A DNA stretch of 59,424 bases from Candidatus Micrarchaeota archaeon (GTDB lineage Archaea; Micrarchaeota; Micrarchaeia; Micrarchaeales; CABMGC01): positions 1 through 59,424 of the forward strand of contig JAJZIU010000002.1 of assembly GCA_021810455.1 (NCBI GenBank), given 5' to 3'. Shown here one piece after another: positions 36,890 through 45,582 of this stretch. A program made the position numbers and the translations under genes. The stretch's first letter is position 1, and every line of letters starts with the position of its first letter. Below the pieces are notes generated by a model that searched no databases, was not told the DNA's origin, and worked only from the letters and a program-made list of their open reading frames with translations.

Positions 36890-38080
36890 ATGAGACGCAT
36901 TGGCATAGTAATCTGGATGGCATTTTTAACGTGTATTTTCCTTTTTATTTGTCAGAGGCATCTGAATGCCACAGTAATACATGTGCCTCAAGTAAATGTA
37001 TCATTAAACAGTTCCATTTCAAATGTCACGGAAGGGATTATAATACCGCTGTATTTTTACCCAAATCAGGAATGGGCTAAGCTCGAAAATTATACTCCGG
37101 GATTATATGCAGTGATAATCAATCCGGACAGCGGACCAGGTACGAATTTCGATCCTGTTTACAATAAATGGATAAATGATTTGCGTAGTAGCGGAATAGA
37201 GGTTTTAGGATACGTGCCGACGTTCTTCAATGATGGTACATTGACACTGAATGAAGATGAAGGATACATAAATGATTATTATAAGTGGTATAATGTAAGT
37301 GGAATATTCTTAGATCAGGTTGCTTCGAATTGCAATGAATCCAACATAAAGTTTTACGGAACCCTTTACAATTACATAAAAGGAAATCAAATCGCAGGAA
37401 ATATGGTGTTTATGGATCCTGGTGTTGGTGTCGGCCAATGTTACAGGAATATCTCAGATATAATAAACATATTTGAAAACAATTATTCGGTTTTTGTTAA
37501 AGAAAATATGACGTATGTGAAAACAAGTTCGTATAACCCAAACCATTTATCAATGATAGTGTATGATGTACCAAACAGTACAAACATGAAACACGTAATA
37601 AACATTTCAAGGAATTTAGGGATAGGTTACGTGTTTATAACAAATAGATCAGGAAGTAATCCGTTTGATTCATTGCCTGAATATATAAAGAATGAAACCG
37701 ATTCGGTAAATCCGATCAGAGTTTCATTATACAAACAAGAATCTGATAATAACGGAAATCTTACAATAACTTTGAAATTTAAAGCTACAGGAGGCAATGG
37801 AGGATACTCGTTTTTATTTGGCAGATTACCAGCATTCTGTGATGTGTTTAATGAATCACAGATTGAGTGCACTCCTAAAGAAGCAGGTAACTTTACAATT
37901 TTAATGAAAGTTAACGATAGCTTAGGATTCGAAAGGGATTTTTATTATAGTGTAAATATGACAGAGGCAAAAATCAAAAACACGTATTGGACCACATATG
38001 ATACGGGATACGTACTTTTTTTAATCATAATGATCATCGTGATAAGTTACTTTGTGAGATTTAGGATTAAACACAAATAA
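36890..38080 (+). CDS. Membrane-anchored spherulin-4 family (Sph3/GH135-like) protein with C-terminal Ig-like domain
   Basis: N-terminal signal/TM, then IIIPLYFYPNQEWAKL...AVIINPDSGPG...GIEVLGYVPTFF, which matches my recollection of the spherulation-specific family 4 signature. GGNGGYSF Ig-like segment and a C-terminal TM plus basic tail. The start sits in the same 35-nt junction sequence as paralog D. Confidence 0.6.
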   Translation: MRRIGIVIWMAFLTCIFLFICQRHLNATVIHVPQVNVSLNSSISNVTEGIIIPLYFYPNQEWAKLENYTPGLYAVIINPDSGPGTNFDPVYNKWINDLRSSGIEVLGYVPTFFNDGTLTLNEDEGYINDYYKWYNVSGIFLDQVASNCNESNIKFYGTLYNYIKGNQIAGNMVFMDPGVGVGQCYRNISDIINIFENNYSVFVKENMTYVKTSSYNPNHLSMIVYDVPNSTNMKHVINISRNLGIGYVFITNRSGSNPFDSLPEYIKNETDSVNPIRVSLYKQESDNNGNLTITLKFKATGGNGGYSFLFGRLPAFCDVFNESQIECTPKEAGNFTILMKVNDSLGFERDFYYSVNMTEAKIKNTYWTTYDTGYVLFLIIMIIVISYFVRFRIKHK

Positions 38081-38081
38081 A

Positions 38082-39326
38082 CTACAATTGTATTTTTAGA
38101 ATGCTCTTTACTTTTTCAAATGCATTTATCATCTGGTCTATTTCTTCCTTCGTATTATAAAGGTAGAAACTTGCCCTAGCCACAGCAGGCTCCATTATGA
38201 CTTTGTTAACTAATGGCATCGCACAATGGTGTCCAGCGCGTATTGCTATGCCCTGGGAATCAAAGATAGAAGCTATATCGTGCGGATGGGCTTTGTCCAT
38301 AGTGAACGATATAACTCCGGATCTGTTGTTATCAGAAGATTTATCAATACCCAGCCCATGAACTTTTATGTAACCAAGTTCTGACATTCTTTTAAGTGCG
38401 TATTGTGTGAGTTCTATTTCGTGTTGATGAATGTTTGACATTCCGATATTTTGAAGATAGTCGATAGCAGCTCCGAAACCTATTCCCCCTTCTATATTCG
38501 AAGTTCCTGCCTCAAATTTCCAAGGAAGTTCATTCCAAGTACTTTCGGAGAAATCAACACTTCGTATCATATCCCCGCCTCCAAAAATAGGAGGCATTTC
38601 TTCAAGAAGATCTTCTTTGCCGTATAATACGCCTATACCAGAAGGCCCAAGCATTTTATGACTAGAAAACGCCATGAAATCGCAATCAAGTTTTTTCACA
38701 TCGACAGGCATGTGTGGCACAGATTGCGCAGCGTCTATTAGCACCTTGGCGCCGTTTTTATGCGCAAGATTTGTTATTTCCTGTGCATTATTAATAGTGC
38801 CAAGGACATTTGAAACATGGGAAAACGAAACAAGTTTTGGATTCAGATTTAGTTTCTCTTTATAATCATCAATGTTTAAAATCGAAGAATCGATAAGATT
38901 TACATAATCTATGATGGCTTTTTTTCTCTTGGCAAGAAGTTGCCAAGGAACCATATTACTGTGGTGCTCCATTTTCGTAAGAAGTATGTGATCGTTTTCA
39001 CGTATGTTTGATTCCGCCCACGATAAAGCAACAAGATTTATGGCCTCTGTAGTGTTCTTGCAGTATACTATGTTTCTATAGGAATTTGCATTTATAAGAC
39101 GTGCAACTTTCTCTTTCGATTCCGTGTAAGCTTCAGTTGCTTTGATGGATATCTCGTATAGTCCACGATGTATATTTGCATTATATGTTTTGTAATAAGT
39201 TGAAATCGCGTCTATTACTTGATTTGGTTTTTGTGAAGTTGCGGCGCTATCCAAATAAACAAGAGGTTTGTTGTTCCTTTTTGTAGAGAGTATTGGGAAG
39301 TCTTTTCTTACGTTTTTTACATCCAT
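38082..39326 (-). CDS. sufS: Cysteine desulfurase (SufS type, class V aminotransferase)
   Basis: PLP-Lys motif FSSHKMLGPSGIG, active-site Cys RAGHHCAMPL, and position downstream of sufBDC. Confidence 0.9.
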   Translation of the reverse strand: MDVKNVRKDFPILSTKRNNKPLVYLDSAATSQKPNQVIDAISTYYKTYNANIHRGLYEISIKATEAYTESKEKVARLINANSYRNIVYCKNTTEAINLVALSWAESNIRENDHILLTKMEHHSNMVPWQLLAKRKKAIIDYVNLIDSSILNIDDYKEKLNLNPKLVSFSHVSNVLGTINNAQEITNLAHKNGAKVLIDAAQSVPHMPVDVKKLDCDFMAFSSHKMLGPSGIGVLYGKEDLLEEMPPIFGGGDMIRSVDFSESTWNELPWKFEAGTSNIEGGIGFGAAIDYLQNIGMSNIHQHEIELTQYALKRMSELGYIKVHGLGIDKSSDNNRSGVISFTMDKAHPHDIASIFDSQGIAIRAGHHCAMPLVNKVIMEPAVARASFYLYNTKEEIDQMINAFEKVKSILKIQL

Positions 39327-39349
39327 TAAGTCAACTTTTTTTACAATGT

Positions 39350-40072
39350 TTAGAGCTTATAACCTTTCGTTTCAACTTCGTTTATAAGATCTTTTCCACC
39401 ATCTTTTTTTATCACTCCGTCTTTCATTATGTGTATGAATTGTGGTTCCATGTAATTTAGGATTCTGCTGTAGTGTGTTATGAGCAATATCCCCATTTTG
39501 TTTTTTTGTCTCAGTTCATTTATATTTTCTGCAACAGTTTTCACCGCATCTATATCCAATCCAGAATCAGGTTCATCCAATATTGCAAGTTTCGGTTTTA
39601 GTACGGCCATTTGTAACATTTCTATCTTTTTCTTTTCTCCTCCAGAAAAACCAAAGTTCAATGACCTTCCCACAAGTTCTTCTTTTATGGAGAGTTTTTT
39701 TGTAGAATTCTTTACTTCAGACATGAAATCTTTGAACTGCATGTCACTATGGATGGAACCCCTAGCCGCATTTAAGAAGTTCATCAGACCCAGCCCCTCC
39801 ACCTCTACAGGATTTTGGAATTGCAGGAATATACCCAGTTTTGCTCTGTCATTTACCTTGGTATTGACTATGCTTTTCCCATCGGCAAGGATATCCCCTT
39901 TTGTTACTGACAATTCAGGATGGCCCATTATCGCTTTGGCTAATGTGGTTTTTCCAGAACCATTAGGACCCATTATTACATGAAGTTCGCCTTCATTTAT
40001 AGAAAGGTTTACTCCTTTTACTATCTCTTTGTCTTCTGCAGATACGTGTAAGTCTTTTATCTCTAATTTCAT
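39350..40072 (-). CDS. sufC: Fe-S cluster assembly ATPase SufC
   Basis: Walker A GPNGSGKTT, ABC signature FSGGEKKK, Walker B LAILDEPDSGLD, and ITHY. Confidence 0.95.
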   Translation of the reverse strand: MKLEIKDLHVSAEDKEIVKGVNLSINEGELHVIMGPNGSGKTTLAKAIMGHPELSVTKGDILADGKSIVNTKVNDRAKLGIFLQFQNPVEVEGLGLMNFLNAARGSIHSDMQFKDFMSEVKNSTKKLSIKEELVGRSLNFGFSGGEKKKIEMLQMAVLKPKLAILDEPDSGLDIDAVKTVAENINELRQKNKMGILLITHYSRILNYMEPQFIHIMKDGVIKKDGGKDLINEVETKGYKL

Positions 40073-41293
40073 TTATTCACCTTTTTCGGTAGACCACACT
40101 CCTTTTGTGGTCATTTCACTCGGTTTTCCGAAATAACCGTACTCTAATTTGTTCAACATTATCGATGATGAAAGTTCGCGTGCGAACGGATCATTTATAT
40201 TGGACAGATGCTTTGATATGAAAGCAGATATGAACATCTTTCTTGCATCGTTTTCGCCCACACCCCTTGATTCCATATAAAATAATGCGTCATTATCTAG
40301 AGGCGCAGTTGCAGCGCTGTGCGTTGCAGACACACCATCACTGTAGTCTATCGACATATCGGGTAGTGCATCTATATGCGCATCTTTACTTAGTAGTATA
40401 CCTCTTTCAGTTATTTTAGATTTTGCATTCTTGGTCCATTTGTCAATTTTAGCATATCCTTTTAACGCACAATAAGAGTTATTGTCCAATATTACACCAG
40501 AATCAAGAAATGCGGAACTATTCTGTTTTGAGTTTGTTATTGAAGTTGTAAGATCGAACTTTTGTTCTGATATACCGTATGCAAGTTCATTGAGCCTTGC
40601 GCAGCTTTTAGATCCGTTTGATATAAACTCAGATAGAGACTTTGTTACAGTTGAACCGTTGTATATTGAATTTATATTAAGGGTTGAATTGTCATTTACA
40701 ACACCTTTCGAAAGGTTTAGTAAAGTTGTGTTTTCATTTTCATTGTGTATCTGATTTATTTCGATAGTTGAATTGTTTACATCAAATTCGTGCAATGATG
40801 ACATTATTGAATGTTGTTTTGAATTTGATAGATAAAATTCGGTTATGTTTAAATCAGAATCGTGTGTATTGACAAACGTCTGCATGAGAAGATTCCCATT
40901 ATTTACAAATAATATTTTTATGTTCTCTTTTTTACCATTTGATTCTATGAGCAATGCCTTGCTGGAGTGTGCATTTGAAAAGGCTACAAATTTTGATTCG
41001 TTGCTTTTGTACAATTTATTTTTTAGGTTTTTATCGAGTTCGTCCATTCCGATTATCTTTACGATTTTACTGTTTGATCGTACCATATCGCATGATATAA
41101 CAACATCGAAATCGGTATGGATACCTTTTTCCACATTGTTAATGAACGTATAGGATTCTGAGGTAGGTTTATGTAACTCTTGCTCGCTAGGCAACTCTAT
41201 AGACAAGCTGTATTTTTTATATAGCTCATTAGTTTCATATGGAAGAGATTGCAGTTGTGCAAGTGCATCTTCCCTGAATTCTTTGTATTTCAA
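40073..41293 (-). CDS. sufD: Fe-S cluster assembly protein SufD
   Basis: 406-aa beta-helix-type protein with the SufBD C-terminus (ATHSAATAPLDNDALFYMESRGV), lying between sufB and sufC. Confidence 0.8.
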   Translation of the reverse strand: MKYKEFREDALAQLQSLPYETNELYKKYSLSIELPSEQELHKPTSESYTFINNVEKGIHTDFDVVISCDMVRSNSKIVKIIGMDELDKNLKNKLYKSNESKFVAFSNAHSSKALLIESNGKKENIKILFVNNGNLLMQTFVNTHDSDLNITEFYLSNSKQHSIMSSLHEFDVNNSTIEINQIHNENENTTLLNLSKGVVNDNSTLNINSIYNGSTVTKSLSEFISNGSKSCARLNELAYGISEQKFDLTTSITNSKQNSSAFLDSGVILDNNSYCALKGYAKIDKWTKNAKSKITERGILLSKDAHIDALPDMSIDYSDGVSATHSAATAPLDNDALFYMESRGVGENDARKMFISAFISKHLSNINDPFARELSSSIMLNKLEYGYFGKPSEMTTKGVWSTEKGE

Positions 41294-41310
41294 AAATGTA
41301 CACCTTTGTT

Positions 41311-42723
41311 TTATCCTACTCCGCCGCTAGTGTCCAACTTTATTAGTCTTTTTAATTCTAAGGAGTATTCCATCGGAAGTATCTTAGTGAGATCCTCCAT
41401 AAATCCGAGAACTATCATGGCTATCGCATCGTCTTCAGGTATACCTCTCGACATTAGATAGAATATCGCATCACTACTTATTTTGCCAACCTTTGCCTCA
41501 TGGCTCATTATTGCATCGTTTCGATTTATCTGGTTGTATGGATAAGTGTTTGTTTTGGCCAGATCATCAAGAAGCAGTGCATCACAAGATACATGAGCCT
41601 TAACATTTCCTGCATTTTTAGCAACATGCATAAGACCTCTGAACGTAGTTACACCACTACCTTTAGATACACTCTTGGATATGATTTTTGAAGTTGTATT
41701 TGGTGCAAGATGATATATTTTGCCACCAGAGTCTTGGACTTGGCCGTCACCTGCCAATGCTATGGAAAGTACCTCACCACTTGCCCCGTTGCCTTTTAGA
41801 AAAATGCTAGGATATTTCATGTTTACCTTGCTACCTATGTTTGCATCTATCCATTCTACTTTTGCATTTTCATCAGCATGCGCTCTTTGTGTAACTAGAT
41901 TGTATACGTTTTTTGACCAGTTTTGTATTGTTACATATCTTATGTGAGCCCCTTTTAGAGCGACCAATTCGACAACGGCAGAGTGTAATGAGTTGGCGGC
42001 ATAAACAGGAGCAGTACAACCTTCGATGTAGGTTACATCAGCACCTTCATCAGCTATGATGAGCGTTCTTTCGAACTGGCCTGATTTTTCTGCGTTTATT
42101 CTAAAGTAGGCATTGAGAGGCATTGGAGCCTTTACACCTTTAGGTATGTATATGAAACTACCACCAGACCATACGGCAGTGTTAAGCGCAGCAAATTTGT
42201 TATCGTTAGGTGGTATAACCATTCCAAAGTATTTTTTCATGAGCTCAGGATACTTTTTAACTGCACTATCAGTATCAGTAAAAATTATTCCCAACTTGTT
42301 AAGCTCCTCATTTACATGGGAGTATACGACAGAGGAATCGAATTGTGCTTCTGCTCCTGCAAAGAATTTTCTTTCAGCTTCTGGAACTCCGAGTTTGTCG
42401 AATGTTCGTTTAATATCCTCAGGTACCTTTTCCCAATCGTTAGTTTCCTTTGCTTTTGGATTTCGATAGTAGTATACATCCTCGAAATCTATATCGCTAA
42501 GGTCTGCGCCCCACATCGGCATTCGTTTGCTTTCGAAAATTTTATACCCGGTAAGTCTTTTTTCAAGCATCCAGTCGGGTTCATTCTTTAATTTGGAAAT
42601 CTTTCTTACAGTGTCTTCTGATAATCCTTTGTCAAAATGCTCGTATTCTATTTTTTCGCTAAATCCATACTTTTCTATGTATTCATTCGCTTCTACGAGC
42701 TTTTCTATCTGCTTGTCCTTCAT
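41311..42723 (-). CDS. sufB: Fe-S cluster assembly scaffold SufB
   Basis: FERTLIIADEGADVTYIEGCTAP, ...SHEAKVGKISSDAIFYLMSRGI. The start is taken at MKDKQIEK (ATG 42723), 2 nt after the upstream stop. Confidence 0.95.
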   Translation of the reverse strand: MKDKQIEKLVEANEYIEKYGFSEKIEYEHFDKGLSEDTVRKISKLKNEPDWMLEKRLTGYKIFESKRMPMWGADLSDIDFEDVYYYRNPKAKETNDWEKVPEDIKRTFDKLGVPEAERKFFAGAEAQFDSSVVYSHVNEELNKLGIIFTDTDSAVKKYPELMKKYFGMVIPPNDNKFAALNTAVWSGGSFIYIPKGVKAPMPLNAYFRINAEKSGQFERTLIIADEGADVTYIEGCTAPVYAANSLHSAVVELVALKGAHIRYVTIQNWSKNVYNLVTQRAHADENAKVEWIDANIGSKVNMKYPSIFLKGNGASGEVLSIALAGDGQVQDSGGKIYHLAPNTTSKIISKSVSKGSGVTTFRGLMHVAKNAGNVKAHVSCDALLLDDLAKTNTYPYNQINRNDAIMSHEAKVGKISSDAIFYLMSRGIPEDDAIAMIVLGFMEDLTKILPMEYSLELKRLIKLDTSGGVG

Positions 42724-42725
42724 GG

Positions 42726-43052
42726 TCACACCTTTGAACCATAATAGAACCCGCAGCCAAAGTCGTTCATGCTTTTGCATACATTACATACGCATTTGTT
42801 TACAGCATCGGCATTTCCAAGTACCATGTCCTTAGCACAGGATGCTATTACTTCCTTGCTTATTGAGTTTTCTACAAGTTTTATCTTATCCGAACATTTG
42901 TTTCTCACATATTTACTGACTGCAGCCTGCGTTATCCCGAGTTTTTTTGATATTTCTTCCTCTTTTATGTGGTACTGTGATTTCAACTCCTTAGCCAATG
43001 CAGATCTTACTGCAGGTAATATTTCTTTAGCAGCTTTTTCATATCCTAGCAC
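42726..43052 (-). CDS. HTH transcriptional regulator with C-terminal Cys cluster (putative suf-operon regulator)
   Basis: 108 aa with the HTH segment EEISKKLGITQAAVSKYVRNK. C-terminal cysteines lie in CAKD...NKCVCNVCKSMNDFGCGF. It is the first gene of the sufBDCS transcription unit. Confidence 0.6.
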   Translation of the reverse strand: MLGYEKAAKEILPAVRSALAKELKSQYHIKEEEISKKLGITQAAVSKYVRNKCSDKIKLVENSISKEVIASCAKDMVLGNADAVNKCVCNVCKSMNDFGCGFYYGSKV

Positions 43053-43218
43053 GAAAATACCTCATATAACAGAGTTATATGACAGGCAAGTTTTATAATA
43101 CTTAGCATATTACATAGGAACCTATCTGACAATTTAGTTTAATATATTAAAAGTAAACAAATATGCATTTTCTTGCGTTGAATTATTAAATTATAAATCA
43201 GGAACTATTTTGATTAAA

Positions 43219-45522
43219 ATGATAGAGCTACTCGAGCTCCAGAACTGGAAAACGCACGGTTCCAGTACGCTCTCGTTTTCAAAAGGCACAAACATATTAT
43301 TAGGCCAGATGGGCGCAGGAAAGAGTTCTGTGATGGATGCGATATCGTTTGCCCTTTTTGGCACATTTCCGGCAATAAAAAATCGGAGAATGTCGATAAA
43401 TGATGTGATAAGCAATAGACCTGTGCCAAAAGACAGAGCTGTTGTTAGGTTAAAATTTAGATTAGGGAATGACATTTATACAGTTGAAAGAGAGGTTGCA
43501 CTGAACAACTCTCCAAAGGCAAAATTTGAAAAAAATGGAGTTCATGTGCAATCACAACCACAGAGAGTTACCGAGGAAATAGAGAGGTTATTGAAGATAG
43601 ATTATGATCTATTTTCCAGAGTGGTTTATTCTGAACAAAATAGATTGGATTACTTCTTGGAACTTAAATCAGCAGATAGAAAAAAACAGATAGATAACCT
43701 CCTAGGATTGGATAAATTTGCAGTGGCCCAGGATAATGTAACGAGCCTCATAAATAGAATAAAAAGTATGATAGAAGAGGAAGAAAAGGCTCTGGAAGGC
43801 ATAGACATGAAGGAGTTAGAGCTTCAGCTTGCTAATTCGAAAGAATCACTTGAAAAAATTGTAACAGAATCCAAGAAACTTAAGAAAGAACATGACGAAT
43901 CAGTAAATAAAAGGGAAATGATAGAATCGAGATACAAGAAAGCCAAGGATCTTCTAAGTAAAAAAATTGCATTGTCTAAGGAAATAGTAGAAGATGAAGG
44001 TAAAATCAGCACATTGAATGATGAAATAAAAAAGATAGATAAATTAGAATTGGGCAGTGAAGAGGAACTCAGTAGAAAATTTGCAGAGTTTAATCTAAAG
44101 AATGTAGAGTTAAAAAAAGAAGAAAACATAGTGACAGACCGTATGCAAGAGGTCCAGTTACGCATGGGAAAACTACAGAATCAGATATCTGACCTTGAAA
44201 GAAAAAAGACCACTAAAGAAAAACTATTAGCAGACATGAAGGACATCGATAAAGCAGAATTTTCAAAGCGTTTTGACGACTCAAAATTAAAGTATGAAGA
44301 ATTAGAAAAAGAACTCGCGTTGGTAAAAGTCACGAAAAAAGAAAATGAGAAATGGATCACCGAATTGGAAAAGCATATAAGCAAATGTCCGGTATGTGAA
44401 AGGAATTTGGATAGTGATACAAAAGAGGGCATACTTGGAGATAAGAGGAAACACGTTTTGGAACTATCGAATAAGGAGAATGAAATTGAAGTTGAGAGAC
44501 GACAACTTAAGAGTATTCTGAATGGCGTTGAAGAAAAACTCTCACAGATAAAGATTGCCGAAGAAAAATTGTTAGAGTATGGAGATGTGGAAAAAAGGCT
44601 TGAAGAAGCTGGAAAACTTGAAAAAAAATCTTCAGAGGAATTAATGGAAATAAAAATTAAAAGAGATGAAATAAGTAAGAAGAGAGAAGAACAGACTAGG
44701 GAAATATTATCTATAAAATCGTCATTGGATCAGATTACGCGTAAGAATTCGTACATTAAAAATGTAAGAGAGATTTTTGCTCTTGTAGCAGAAAAAAAGA
44801 GTAAGCTTGGCGAGATAAAGATTGATGACGAAGAAATAGATAAAATGCAAAAAGAACTTGTGGATATAAATTCTCTAATAAGCAGAAATCTGGCGATCCT
44901 GGAATCTAGTGAAAGGGAACGTAGAGAAAAAGAATCACGAATAGAAGAAAAATCAAAAGAAATAGATAGAGTGAGGAAACTTATTGAGAGGATAAAATCA
45001 AGAAATAAAACTGTTGACGGACTTACAAAATTCAAAAACGCACTGCAGGAAACGCAGGTAGTACTTAGAAATAAACTAGTTAACTCTGTTAATGAAGTTA
45101 TGCAAGACATATGGCCGGATCTTTATCCGTACGGAGATTATATAGGAATAAATCTTCAGGCTACAGAAGGAGATTATGTACTCAGGGTTAAAACTGATAA
45201 GAATGGGGAGGGATGGAATGACGTAGATTCGATAGCAAGCGGGGGAGAAAGGAGCACAGCGTGCTTAACTATGAGAATAGCGTTTGCTATGGTTCTAACA
45301 CCTAATCTAAAGTGGATAATATTGGATGAACCAACACACAACATAGACCAACAGGGGATAACTAAATTGGTAAGACTTTTCAGCGAGGTGCTTCCTGAGA
45401 TAATAGAACAGATATTCATAATAACTCATGACGAGCAGCTAAAACAGATAACGAACGGCAAGATTTACATGTTAAAACGGAATAAGACAGAAAGTGGAGC
45501 TACAGAAATAGATGAAGTATGA
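43219..45522 (+). CDS. rad50: Rad50-type SMC-like ATPase
   Basis: Walker A GQMGAGKSSVMDAISFALFG, long coiled coil with zinc hook KCPVCERNL, signature SGGERSTACL, Walker B/D-loop IILDEPTHNIDQ. Confidence 0.85.
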   Translation: MIELLELQNWKTHGSSTLSFSKGTNILLGQMGAGKSSVMDAISFALFGTFPAIKNRRMSINDVISNRPVPKDRAVVRLKFRLGNDIYTVEREVALNNSPKAKFEKNGVHVQSQPQRVTEEIERLLKIDYDLFSRVVYSEQNRLDYFLELKSADRKKQIDNLLGLDKFAVAQDNVTSLINRIKSMIEEEEKALEGIDMKELELQLANSKESLEKIVTESKKLKKEHDESVNKREMIESRYKKAKDLLSKKIALSKEIVEDEGKISTLNDEIKKIDKLELGSEEELSRKFAEFNLKNVELKKEENIVTDRMQEVQLRMGKLQNQISDLERKKTTKEKLLADMKDIDKAEFSKRFDDSKLKYEELEKELALVKVTKKENEKWITELEKHISKCPVCERNLDSDTKEGILGDKRKHVLELSNKENEIEVERRQLKSILNGVEEKLSQIKIAEEKLLEYGDVEKRLEEAGKLEKKSSEELMEIKIKRDEISKKREEQTREILSIKSSLDQITRKNSYIKNVREIFALVAEKKSKLGEIKIDDEEIDKMQKELVDINSLISRNLAILESSERERREKESRIEEKSKEIDRVRKLIERIKSRNKTVDGLTKFKNALQETQVVLRNKLVNSVNEVMQDIWPDLYPYGDYIGINLQATEGDYVLRVKTDKNGEGWNDVDSIASGGERSTACLTMRIAFAMVLTPNLKWIILDEPTHNIDQQGITKLVRLFSEVLPEIIEQIFIITHDEQLKQITNGKIYMLKRNKTESGATEIDEV

Positions 45523-45582
45523 CATTCTAAAACGGAATAAGACAGAAAGTGGAGCTACAGAAATAGATGAAGTATGACATTC
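45473..45582. repeat. Perfect 55-bp tandem direct duplication (2 copies)
   Basis: TAAAACGGAATAAGACAGAAAGTGGAGCTACAGAAATAGATGAAGTATGACATTC occurs at 45473-45527 and again at 45528-45582. Copy 1 contains the last 16 codons and the stop of rad50. Copy 2 ends inside the ftsZ stop codon. Confidence 0.95.

Noticed and set aside
43053-43209. Mre11 or another Rad50 partner gene adjacent to rad50.
   Set aside because: The flanks are a 157-bp divergent promoter region and the convergent ftsZ gene. No additional ORF fits.
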